NCBI GenBank assembly: GCA_024275415.1
Contig: JAJRZD010000050.1
Coordinates: 1-32,000 of the forward strand
Length of the DNA stretch: 32,000 bases
Direction: 5' to 3'
Origin: an archaeon
GTDB taxonomy: Archaea > Asgardarchaeota > Thorarchaeia > Thorarchaeales > Thorarchaeaceae
The notes beneath the pieces were generated by a model. The model worked only from the letters and a program-made list of their open reading frames with translations. It had not been told where the DNA came from and made no database searches. Below, piece after piece: positions 9,370 through 18,434 of the stretch; the first letter of the stretch is position 1; every line of letters starts with the position of its first letter. Both the position numbers and the translations under genes were made by a program.

Positions 9370-10338
9370 ATGTCCAAGAAGGCAGTCATTGCAATTGGAG
9401 GAAACTCACTTATCAAAGACAAGGAGCACAAGACAATTCCTGATCAATATGCAGCAGCGGCTGAGACCTGCAAGCATATAGCGGACATGATAGAGAATGA
9501 CTGGAATGTTGTTATCACATCAGGCAATGGGCCCCAGGTAGGGTTCATTCTACGGCGCTCCGAGCTGGCGGCACATGAGTTGCACGAGGTTCCATTGGAC
9601 TACTGTGGGGCTGACACACAGGGTGCGATAGGCTACATGATACAGAGGGCAATGTACAACGAGTTCGCAAGGAGAGGGATACAGAAGGACGTAGCCAGTA
9701 TAGTCACTCAGGTTCTTGTTGATAAGGATGACCCTGCGTTCCAGAACCCGAATAAACCGATTGGTTCGTTCATGGACGAGAAAGAGGCTAAGCGCAGGGA
9801 GAAGGAAGAGGGCTGGACTGTCAGAGAGGATTCTGGACGTGGCTGGAGGAGAGTCGTGCCTTCGCCGATCCCGAAGAGGATCATGGAGCTGGAGGCGATA
9901 AAGACCCTGAACCGGAGCGGCATCATCGTGTACGCCGTAGGTGGTGGTGGTATTCCGGTCATCAAGAACGAGAAGGGCGAGCTGGAAGGCACCGCTGCTG
10001 TCATCGACAAGGACAGGGCTTCTAGCCTACTCGCTAATGGGCTGAATGCTGATGTCCTCTTGATCTCAACGGCAGTTGAACAGGCATATCTGAACTTTGG
10101 AAAGGAGAACCAGGAACCTATTCTCAAGATGGATCACATTCAGGCGCAGAAGTACATGGAAGAAGGTCATTTCTCGGCAGGCAGTATGTTACCCAAGATA
10201 GAGGCATGTGTTGCGTTCATCAAGCGCGGCGGTAAGAAGGCTATCATCACGAACCCGGAGAACATCACACGCGCTCTGAACGGTGAAACAGGCACTACGA
10301 TTGTGGAAGGATTTGCTGTCCCACCACCGCCTCCATAG
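9370..10338 (+). CDS. arcC: Carbamate kinase
   Basis: VIAIGGNSL, SGNGPQVG, ADTQGAIGY, NPNKPIG, GWRRVVPSP, VGGGGIPV, AVIDKD and GSMLPKIEA motifs. Confidence 0.96.
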   Translation: MSKKAVIAIGGNSLIKDKEHKTIPDQYAAAAETCKHIADMIENDWNVVITSGNGPQVGFILRRSELAAHELHEVPLDYCGADTQGAIGYMIQRAMYNEFARRGIQKDVASIVTQVLVDKDDPAFQNPNKPIGSFMDEKEAKRREKEEGWTVREDSGRGWRRVVPSPIPKRIMELEAIKTLNRSGIIVYAVGGGGIPVIKNEKGELEGTAAVIDKDRASSLLANGLNADVLLISTAVEQAYLNFGKENQEPILKMDHIQAQKYMEEGHFSAGSMLPKIEACVAFIKRGGKKAIITNPENITRALNGETGTTIVEGFAVPPPPP

Positions 10339-10485
10339 AGTCAACGTTTCCATGGCTCCCCAAAGAATGTAGTCATGTTTCGAGAACGTAGTGAAGAGTA
10401 TATCTGCCAATCGATAGCCTCTCAGTAGATTTCTTGATGGGGAACGGAATATAAGATGTGCTCTTTACTAGTATGAGTGGGATAG

Positions 10486-11271
10486 ATGGATATTATGAGT
10501 AACGATTCAGGCTGGAACCACTTGGGGTATGGTTTCTTGCTTTATTGCCTCGCCTTTTTCATCCTCGCTATAGCATATGTGGTGGAATCTCTCAGGTTCC
10601 TTGGAGGTTTTTCAATTCTGGTTCTACTGGGAGGAGTCCTCTTTCTTTGGAAATCTAGTGGGAAGAATATCATAGATCTTGGGATGAAACGTGAGTCGCT
10701 CCGCATGGATAGGCTCATGCTTTTGTTCTTGATCGGGCTCTTGTTACCAATCCTCCTCGTAATATCTGAAGTGTTCGTTTTATTGGCGAATGCAGAGTCG
10801 GGGACTGTCCTTCCTTACGTCTTGGGATTGAGCATCGTGAAGATCATCCTTCTTGTTCTCATCGAGGAAACCATATTCAGAGGCTACTTTATCCAAGCGC
10901 TCATCGGTAAGACTGACCGAACGAAGGCGGTTATTGTTCCATCGATTCTCTGGGCAAGTCTTCATATCCCGAACATGGTTTCTTCTGGACTGTCGCTGCT
11001 CGCAATCTCTCTAGGCATAGGGTCTCTTACTGTCTTGGGAATCGCTCTGGGTGTGGCATTCCTTGGCAACATGCGGTGCATATGGTATCCGTTTGGGATC
11101 CATTTCGCGTACAATCTTGCATTCAGCATTATTTCCGCGCTCTTTGTCATCTCATATGGAGGTTCCGAGTTGCTCGTAGGTACTCGTCCATGGTACCCCG
11201 AATCCGGGATATTGGGTGTGTTATTGACGTTGGGCATTCTAGCCCTGACCTATCGCATCCGTGCCACATGA
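10486..11271 (+). CDS. CPBP family intramembrane glutamic endopeptidase (Rce1/Abi, type II CAAX protease-like)
   Basis: Polytopic hydrophobic protein with EETIFRG, WASLH and HFAYN motifs. Confidence 0.9.
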   Translation: MDIMSNDSGWNHLGYGFLLYCLAFFILAIAYVVESLRFLGGFSILVLLGGVLFLWKSSGKNIIDLGMKRESLRMDRLMLLFLIGLLLPILLVISEVFVLLANAESGTVLPYVLGLSIVKIILLVLIEETIFRGYFIQALIGKTDRTKAVIVPSILWASLHIPNMVSSGLSLLAISLGIGSLTVLGIALGVAFLGNMRCIWYPFGIHFAYNLAFSIISALFVISYGGSELLVGTRPWYPESGILGVLLTLGILALTYRIRAT

Positions 11272-11648
11272 TTTTGGATTTTGCCTTGTCCAACACTGAA
11301 ACACATTCGATGAATCGACTCCTCTTTATAGTTGAGTTGGAAACGGCTCAGACGAGGCACAGAACGCGAATCTCCTTAATGTGAACACACCCTATTTACC
11401 GTCATTGTAATCTGGACACCAGAATCTTGTCTTCCTAGGGACGGCACTGGGAACGACTCTGTGTGGTCAGCATCACTGTCGTCTGACCTTGTGTCATAGT
11501 ACAGTCCGGTCGTATAGAACCACCTACCAAGAGAGATCCCAGCTTTCTCACAGATGTTAGTAATCCATGAGGATAACCTCTGATAGTGCCCAGAACAACT
11601 GAATGAAGAGTCATGAAGTTTTCTTGACGGAAAATGAGTTTATGATGG

Positions 11649-11695
11649 TATAGAATTCTTTGAATTTTATAGTTTTCAAAATGGTGCTTATATAA
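11649..11695 (+). promoter_or_regulatory. Imperfect palindrome plus TATA box upstream of the ATP-grasp/transglutaminase operon
   Basis: TATAGAATTC-ttt-GAATTTTATA (11649-11671, 9 of 10 pairs) followed by TTATATAA at 11688-11695. Confidence 0.45.
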
Positions 11696-11892
11696 TTCAT
11701 CAAAGGTTATGACCTTACAAGAATCATGTATGGTTTAGCCAAACGATAACGCCACTATCAAAAGACACCACCTCCGATCAAAAAGGGAAAAGGTATCTTT
11801 TGTACTGCCTGATACTATCATCAGGACTGATTAACGGGCATCATTGTTGGCGAGACCTCATGAACCATGTACAATTGATTATGAAGGTGTTA

Positions 11893-14250
11893 ATGATTCT
11901 CAGTAACAGAAAAACACGAACGTTACTCATCCTTGCAGTTTTTATCCTCATTCTGCTTCCACTGAGTGGAGTGATTGATAGACCTGAACAAGGACGAGTT
12001 GTGTCAGTTAACAAAGCTATGACATCAGCAGTCACCACTTACGCACCCACTCGTCTTGCTGATCCTATCTATGATACAAAGACCAGCGACTTTGTCAAAC
12101 TCACTAGGAATGTGGCAAGTAATAATGCTAGTAGTGTTGATGATATCTATTTCAGGCTTGGCACGGTCAAGATCCTAGACCCGACACTGTCCAATCTTAC
12201 GACAGCGCAGAAGGACTATTGGATTTCGCAGTTACTATCCTTCCAGAGATCCAATGGCGGATTCGGCGATTGGTACCGTGACCGAAGCAGTGTGTCAGCT
12301 ACTTATATGGCATTACAAAGTCTTCAATGGTTGGGCTATTCTGGACTTAATACCACGCTCGTCCAATCATATCTGGATCGCCTGCAAAATTCGCTTACTG
12401 ATGGGTATAACTCCTATCTTCAAGACACTGACAGCGATGTGCATGCGACATACCTTGCAGTGAAATCATACCAGCTCATTGGAAAGGCTCCCAGCAATGT
12501 CACGGCTGTCGCAGCATATCTAAAGAGAGCACAGAACCCTGACGGTGGTTTTGGTCTGCAGACCAACAATGAGAAAGGAATCTACTGGACATCCAAGGCA
12601 ACTGTCACTCAGGACGCGATTCTCGGACTTGATGTCCTATCCAGCACGGCAAACGATTCTGCAGCAGCGTTGAGTTTTGTTCAAGGACTTCAACTATTAT
12701 CCAGTGGAGGTTTTACCAATGACCCGGTTACAACAACCTCTGCATCCTCTTACTCAGCTGCAGCATTAGAAACCATATATTTCCTCGGCGGCACCCCTGC
12801 GAATGCAACATCAGCTGAGGAATACATACGTTCTCTCGAGTTGCCGGACGGGAGCTTTAAGCTGAGTCCAACAAGCGTTGACGGCTCTCTTAAAGGCACA
12901 TACTTTAGCGTTTCTGCTCTCTCACAACTTGGATCAATGCCCACCAATGTCACTGCAACATTAGAATACATCCTCAATCCCGTATATACTGACGGTTATG
13001 GAGGTGCACCTGGCGAAACCCCGACACTCCGAGAGACATTCGATGCAGTCTATGCGTTGAAACTGATGGGCGAAACCCCAGTCGATCCTCAGGGAATCAT
13101 AGACTTTGTAGCATCATATCGGAATCCCGATGGCGGTTATGGTGTATCTGGTTCTTATGCCGAGAGCACGCTGCGCGCCGTAGAGATATATAATCTGCTG
13201 GGCGAACCATTCCCGAACTCATCTCAGACCATCTCATTCCTTCAAGGGTTACAGTTGCCCAGTGGAGGGTTCGTGAAGAACCCAAATGCGACGACAGCTT
13301 ACTCCGTTTCCACATTCAGGAGTGTCCGTGCACTCGATCTATTGGGGAGTCAGCCTTCTGATATCGCTGGTGCCATCTCGTTCCTGCAAGGAATCCAGAA
13401 TAGTGACGGTGGCTTTGGAGGGTTCCTTGGTGATTCGAGTGATGTGACCAGCACATACCGTACTGTCAGAGCGTTGGACATTCTAGGTTCTGCCCCAACT
13501 GACGTTAATGCGGCAATCGACTTCATCAAAAACAGCCAGAATCCTGATGGTGGGTTCAGGAGAAGTGTACTTGATACTGCGTTGCCAAAGAACGTGTCGA
13601 ACACCATCCACACATATTCTGCTATGCGGACACTATCGATACTTGGAGCGAAACCCCTCAATATTTCAGGTGTGTACAACTACATCCTCTCTGTCCACAA
13701 CTATGATAGCGGATATGCAGAACACCCCCGGTTCACATCTGATGTGTCCTATACTTTCGTTTCGTTGTACCTAGTCAACCACTTCCATGAGTTCACTGGA
13801 TTCAGTCTATCATTGGATGACGGTCTGAACACCACACGAACCCAGTACGATAACTTCACAGTGAATCTAAGCGGTGACATGGGAAACCTGTACTACAACA
13901 TCACGAACGCGAATACCACCAACAGTGCTGTTGGGACGTTGCTTACAGCAGGTTCGGTCATCATCGACACCTCTACACTGGATAACGGGACTTACATCTA
14001 TGAGATGTCCGTCGAAGACCCGACGGGAGCCCGGATTCAGATACAGATTGAGGTGCTGATTGCTAAGTCTTCATCTACGACGACCAACACTCCAACAACG
14101 ACAACAGATACAACGACAGATACGACAACAGAAACCCCTACGACACCAGGGCTCCCATTGAACCTTGACATGACTACGATCATTATGCTCAGTCTGCTGG
14201 GTCTAGTTATCGTGTCGGTTGTAGTTGCAAGACGACGCAGGTCCAGATAG
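11893..14250 (+). CDS. Cell-surface protein with ~11 prenyltransferase/squalene-oxidase-like (alpha/alpha barrel) repeats, Ig-like domain, Thr linker and C-terminal TM
   Basis: Repeated QNxDGGFG-type motifs. Signal-like N-terminus from ATG 11893 (ORF track starts at 11800). Many sequons; TM followed by RRRRSR. Confidence 0.85.
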   Translation: MILSNRKTRTLLILAVFILILLPLSGVIDRPEQGRVVSVNKAMTSAVTTYAPTRLADPIYDTKTSDFVKLTRNVASNNASSVDDIYFRLGTVKILDPTLSNLTTAQKDYWISQLLSFQRSNGGFGDWYRDRSSVSATYMALQSLQWLGYSGLNTTLVQSYLDRLQNSLTDGYNSYLQDTDSDVHATYLAVKSYQLIGKAPSNVTAVAAYLKRAQNPDGGFGLQTNNEKGIYWTSKATVTQDAILGLDVLSSTANDSAAALSFVQGLQLLSSGGFTNDPVTTTSASSYSAAALETIYFLGGTPANATSAEEYIRSLELPDGSFKLSPTSVDGSLKGTYFSVSALSQLGSMPTNVTATLEYILNPVYTDGYGGAPGETPTLRETFDAVYALKLMGETPVDPQGIIDFVASYRNPDGGYGVSGSYAESTLRAVEIYNLLGEPFPNSSQTISFLQGLQLPSGGFVKNPNATTAYSVSTFRSVRALDLLGSQPSDIAGAISFLQGIQNSDGGFGGFLGDSSDVTSTYRTVRALDILGSAPTDVNAAIDFIKNSQNPDGGFRRSVLDTALPKNVSNTIHTYSAMRTLSILGAKPLNISGVYNYILSVHNYDSGYAEHPRFTSDVSYTFVSLYLVNHFHEFTGFSLSLDDGLNTTRTQYDNFTVNLSGDMGNLYYNITNANTTNSAVGTLLTAGSVIIDTSTLDNGTYIYEMSVEDPTGARIQIQIEVLIAKSSSTTTNTPTTTTDTTTDTTTETPTTPGLPLNLDMTTIIMLSLLGLVIVSVVVARRRRSR
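14098..14133 (+). repeat. Three imperfect 12-bp tandem repeats encoding TTTD/TTTD/TTTE
   Basis: ACGACAACAGAT ACAACGACAGAT ACGACAACAGAA within the Thr-rich linker. Confidence 0.7.
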
Positions 14251-14269
14251 TTTGAGCGGAGGATGGAGA

Positions 14270-17200
14270 ATGAGAACTCGTCGAGAGAGAATAGTGGCAG
14301 TTTCCTTACTGCTCTTCTTCTTTGGGATGACTCTCATTGCCATCCCTACTTGGACCATGAGTCATTATCAGACAGGTGTGGACGACACGGCCCTGCTGGA
14401 TGTCGGGTTCAACCGCTCTGAAGTCCGCAACAACGAAACCCTGACCCAAGGGCTGCTGTCGTTCATCGATCGCTCTCAAGATAATGGCGCTCAGAAAATT
14501 CCCTCAATGGATATGGCATTCTACATTGGGATGTCGTCATTCTTTCTTGATAATCTCTCATACACACATCCAACATCACTGTTCGAGTCATGTCTGGAGT
14601 TCATACAATCTGCTAGGAATGACGATGGTGGATATGGAAACTGGGATGGTGCCAAGAGCTCTGTGGAATCGACATATCAGGCGTTACGATTGTTGTCCGT
14701 TCGTGATAATATCGGGTCGCTTACATTGGATGAGGCAAACGCCACTCTGAGATTCATGAATGATCTGAGGACTCTTGAAGAGGGCTATCTTCCACTCCCT
14801 CTCTGGGACGCACCTGATGTTTCATCTACCTACCGAGCATCCTACATCTTTGACCTTCTGAAAAAGGAATTTCCCTCCCTTCCAATCACACTCGATAATT
14901 CTTCATTGTCATTTATTGATAGCGCATATGTGCCACCTATCTTTGCCGTAGGGGCTTCGGGTTTCTCCGAGAACGTGGGAGGGAGTGCCGAACTGCTTGC
15001 GTCCCTTTATGCGTTGAGGACGTATGTGCTATTCAATGTCACAGATTCACCTTACTTTGAGCCTATGGCGAAATTCTTGGATTCACTGGTAGCAACGAAT
15101 GGTGGTGTCGCTGGGAGACCTGGAGGATTCCCAACGACTGGATTCACCACAGCAGGAATAGAGATGTACCTGCTATTCAAGACCCGGACCGTCCTTGACA
15201 TTGATAGTTTCGTTTCACCATCCTTCATCGAGAAGGCGGTCAACTATCTTCTGGCGAACAGGGCAGCAGGCTCAGGTTTCACAGCTTCAGATAGGGACAC
15301 AACACCAGAGTACAGTTCCACTTTCTTCACCTTGCGTTCATTGGTTTTGCTCAAAGCGAACGGCTACCTCCCGACTATCCCTGACCTATCTGGAGTCGTC
15401 ACTTTCCTCTTGGACGGGATTCAGCCCTCATTCGGGTTTGGAGAGTACCCCGGTGACTCTCCAGATTTAGCAACGACTGCCTATGCCCTCTTGATAAGTA
15501 GGTATCTGAACGATTCTTCAGTGATAGATCCTGGCGTCAGCCAATATATCAAAGACTCGTACAGCCAATCGAAAGGGGGCTTTGGATTCAGGCCCGGTTC
15601 GACACCAAGGGTGAAATACACATACTACGGGATTCGAGCACTCCGAAGCTTTGGTGACCCAGTTGCTAATGTACGGGAGATTGAACAATTCATCCTCGAT
15701 TCTCAGAATCCTGAAGGAGGCTTTGGTGAGCGACCCGGCTCAAGTCTGAGCTATCTGACCCATACATACTGGGCAGTGTCAAGCCTGAAGATGTTAACTG
15801 GACTCGATGGATCACCTCTTGACGCCGAGTCAATACTTAATTGGCTGTTCTATCTCAGAAAACCGGATGGCACATATTCCAACTTCGTGGGACAAAACGG
15901 AACCCTGCGGTCAACCTATCGTGCATTGCAAGTCCTTTACATGCTTGGAGGTTCACTTTCTGAGGACGACGCACTACGCTCGACCCTTGCGTTGTTACAA
16001 ACGCCATCAGGCGGTTTCCTCCCTTCGTTTGATAAGACAGTTCCCACCATGGAATCGACCTTTTACGGGACCGCAATCTCATTATTGATTAGCGAGCCCA
16101 TCAACCCTGTCCAGATCAGGGACTTTGTGTTTTCCCTCCTCAACAAAGATGGAGGCTTTGGTCTGAGACCTGGCTTCTCAAGCAGGATCCGGTCATCATT
16201 CTATGGTCTTCTCACCCTTTTATTGCTTGAAAGGAACGAAACAGTCTTGGACGTATTGGACATCAGCGAGGATCCATTCGACGTTTATTCGCCCATCATC
16301 TATCCCGCCTTCGTCCCAAAGATTGACAATAACAAGGCGTTCCATGGCAGCTATCAGCTGACCGCAACGATTCTTGAGCCGGAAACCGATTTCGTCAGGA
16401 CATGGGTCGAGGCGAAGTGGACAGATAGGTCAACCAATGAAACAACTGAGTTCACATTTGAAGGTGAGAAGAATGGTGTGTACCAGAACGAGTGGTCGTA
16501 CCTTATGGGGACATTCAATCAGGCTGGGGTCTTGCAGTTCAGGATCCTAGCAGTCGACGACAACCAGAACTCGGTGTCCACAGAGTGGTATTTCCTACAG
16601 TCCATCGAAGCTGTGGAAGGGAACGCAGCTCCTGCTGAGGACATTATCAGTGCAGCGATGCCTTGGATCACACCCTTCTTCTTCGGGGTGGCTGCTGTTG
16701 AGGGCGTAGTATCGTACGGACGAAAACGAAACGAAAAAGAGAGTGAGATACTCATGTCGATTTCTGAAAAAGACAATGACGGAATAATGAACAGTGACAC
16801 GTTGAGCGTCATTGGAATACTGATTATAATGGGAACCATCAGCTTCCTTGCACGACTGTTCTTGCAAGACACGATATTGATTGCAGCGAACTCCATCTTT
16901 CTCTTTCGGTTCTTGCTTGGAATGATGGTAGTGCTTGTAGTGAAGTATGTTATCGGTATCAAGACCTTCGGGCTCTTCGGTCCTACTGTCATCGTTGTGT
17001 CAATGATTGCGCTTGGGCCTCTCTGGGGATTGGCAGTGTTCCTCAATATCTTCGCCGTTGGATACATGCTCAGATCATTGCTCAGTCAGTTCAATCTGGC
17101 TGTTGGGTTCAGGATTGGGATTCTGATGATTCTCACGATATCGATGATTGGACTTATGGAACTGCTTGGCGAGGTGTTCCTTATCCCTGTGCTTAGTGGT

Positions 17201-18433
17201 TCCATCCTCCTCCCAATCATCATTACGCCTTGGTACATCGACCGATTCGTTACAGAGATGCAACAATCAGACCATCTCGCAGCCCTCTCAAGGTTCGTGG
17301 TGACTCTTGGCGTATCCCTGGTCGCATATATATTCATGAGCATGGACGCTCTTGTCACATTCATCGTTGTCAACCCAGAGATATGGGTTTTGCTGACAGG
17401 GGCTGTATTGTATTTTGGGAGGAGTTCCAGATACACGAAGATGGACATGCAGCGGTTTCGAAGGCTCTTTGCCAAGCATGAGGAGCCCTTGTCCATGCAA
17501 ATTCGGAACCGTGATTACATCGCCAAGTACAACTCTCACATCCTCTATCCACTAATCAACAAGTATGATATGAAAGAACAGTTCGAGAAATGGCGTGTGC
17601 CTAGTGCCGAACTACTTGCCCTTGTGAACGATGAGGAACGCCTCTCGGCATTGATGATACGGCTTAAGACCGAGGAACAGTTCAGAAAAGGCTTTGTCAT
17701 CAAGCCTGCCCGGAGCTACGGAGGAAAGGGAATTATCGTTGTAGAGGGTAGGACTGCGGAAGGCAACTTTGTGATTGGTGGGGAAATCTATGCTCCCATC
17801 GCGATAGAAACCGAGATCCGTAAGATATTGCAAGGAGAGTACCTCACGAGCCAGACACTTGGCGACAAGGACATCGTGATCATCGAAGAGAGGATCATCA
17901 ATCATCCGAAACTTGCCAAGATATCGTTCGGGCTTCCTGATGTCCGCGTGATTGTCTTTCGGGGAATCCCGGTGATGGCAATGATGCGATTGGCGACGAA
18001 GGAAAGCCAAGGAAAGGCGAACCTCAAGCAGGGTGCCATCGGTGCAGCCGTTCGCTTGTCGGATGGGGTCATCTACCGTGCTGAGATCAAAGGCACCGAG
18101 GTCGAAAGGCATCCTGATACAGGGGAGCGGATTATCGGGTTCGCATTTGAGAATTGGCAAGAGATTCTTGCTATTGCATGTTTGGCACAGAAGAGCAGCG
18201 GGTTGGGCTATGCCGGTGTTGATATTGTCATAGATGAGAACGACCGTGTACTCTTGCTTGAAATCAACAAGCGACCGGGACTAGAGATACAGAACGTCAA
18301 CCAGCATAGTCTATTGCAGCGACTGGAACTCATCGAAGAACGAGATCTGGATGCCACCGAACGGTCACCCATCAGTGCTGCCCAACTTGGTATACAACTG
18401 GCAATGGACTATTGGGAAAAGGAGGCTGTATAG
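14270..18433 (+). CDS. Fusion: N-terminal TM + ~12 prenyltransferase-like repeats + Ig-like domain + 7TM_transglut-type membrane domain + RimK-related (alpha-L-glutamate-ligase-like) ATP-grasp
   Basis: QNPEGGFG-type repeats; VVKYVIGIKTFGLFGP (7TM_transglut signature). ATP-grasp motifs IRNRDYI, FVIKPARSYGGKGI, PDVRVIV, GKANLKQGAIG, GVDIV and LLEINKRPGLEIQ. Likely start ATG 14270 after GGAGG. Confidence 0.9.
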   Translation: MRTRRERIVAVSLLLFFFGMTLIAIPTWTMSHYQTGVDDTALLDVGFNRSEVRNNETLTQGLLSFIDRSQDNGAQKIPSMDMAFYIGMSSFFLDNLSYTHPTSLFESCLEFIQSARNDDGGYGNWDGAKSSVESTYQALRLLSVRDNIGSLTLDEANATLRFMNDLRTLEEGYLPLPLWDAPDVSSTYRASYIFDLLKKEFPSLPITLDNSSLSFIDSAYVPPIFAVGASGFSENVGGSAELLASLYALRTYVLFNVTDSPYFEPMAKFLDSLVATNGGVAGRPGGFPTTGFTTAGIEMYLLFKTRTVLDIDSFVSPSFIEKAVNYLLANRAAGSGFTASDRDTTPEYSSTFFTLRSLVLLKANGYLPTIPDLSGVVTFLLDGIQPSFGFGEYPGDSPDLATTAYALLISRYLNDSSVIDPGVSQYIKDSYSQSKGGFGFRPGSTPRVKYTYYGIRALRSFGDPVANVREIEQFILDSQNPEGGFGERPGSSLSYLTHTYWAVSSLKMLTGLDGSPLDAESILNWLFYLRKPDGTYSNFVGQNGTLRSTYRALQVLYMLGGSLSEDDALRSTLALLQTPSGGFLPSFDKTVPTMESTFYGTAISLLISEPINPVQIRDFVFSLLNKDGGFGLRPGFSSRIRSSFYGLLTLLLLERNETVLDVLDISEDPFDVYSPIIYPAFVPKIDNNKAFHGSYQLTATILEPETDFVRTWVEAKWTDRSTNETTEFTFEGEKNGVYQNEWSYLMGTFNQAGVLQFRILAVDDNQNSVSTEWYFLQSIEAVEGNAAPAEDIISAAMPWITPFFFGVAAVEGVVSYGRKRNEKESEILMSISEKDNDGIMNSDTLSVIGILIIMGTISFLARLFLQDTILIAANSIFLFRFLLGMMVVLVVKYVIGIKTFGLFGPTVIVVSMIALGPLWGLAVFLNIFAVGYMLRSLLSQFNLAVGFRIGILMILTISMIGLMELLGEVFLIPVLSGSILLPIIITPWYIDRFVTEMQQSDHLAALSRFVVTLGVSLVAYIFMSMDALVTFIVVNPEIWVLLTGAVLYFGRSSRYTKMDMQRFRRLFAKHEEPLSMQIRNRDYIAKYNSHILYPLINKYDMKEQFEKWRVPSAELLALVNDEERLSALMIRLKTEEQFRKGFVIKPARSYGGKGIIVVEGRTAEGNFVIGGEIYAPIAIETEIRKILQGEYLTSQTLGDKDIVIIEERIINHPKLAKISFGLPDVRVIVFRGIPVMAMMRLATKESQGKANLKQGAIGAAVRLSDGVIYRAEIKGTEVERHPDTGERIIGFAFENWQEILAIACLAQKSSGLGYAGVDIVIDENDRVLLLEINKRPGLEIQNVNQHSLLQRLELIEERDLDATERSPISAAQLGIQLAMDYWEKEAV

Positions 18434-18434
18434 A

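Noticed and set aside
11376-11639. Stop-free, Met-less minus frame (…WITNICEKAGIS…) in the intergenic gap
   Set aside because: No start codon and no recognisable family motif.
10486-16300. True eukaryote-like protein prenylation (CAAX) pathway
   Set aside because: The barrels are predicted extracellular and lack the Zn-ligand motif; there is no alpha subunit, ICMT or CAAX-ending substrate in the window.
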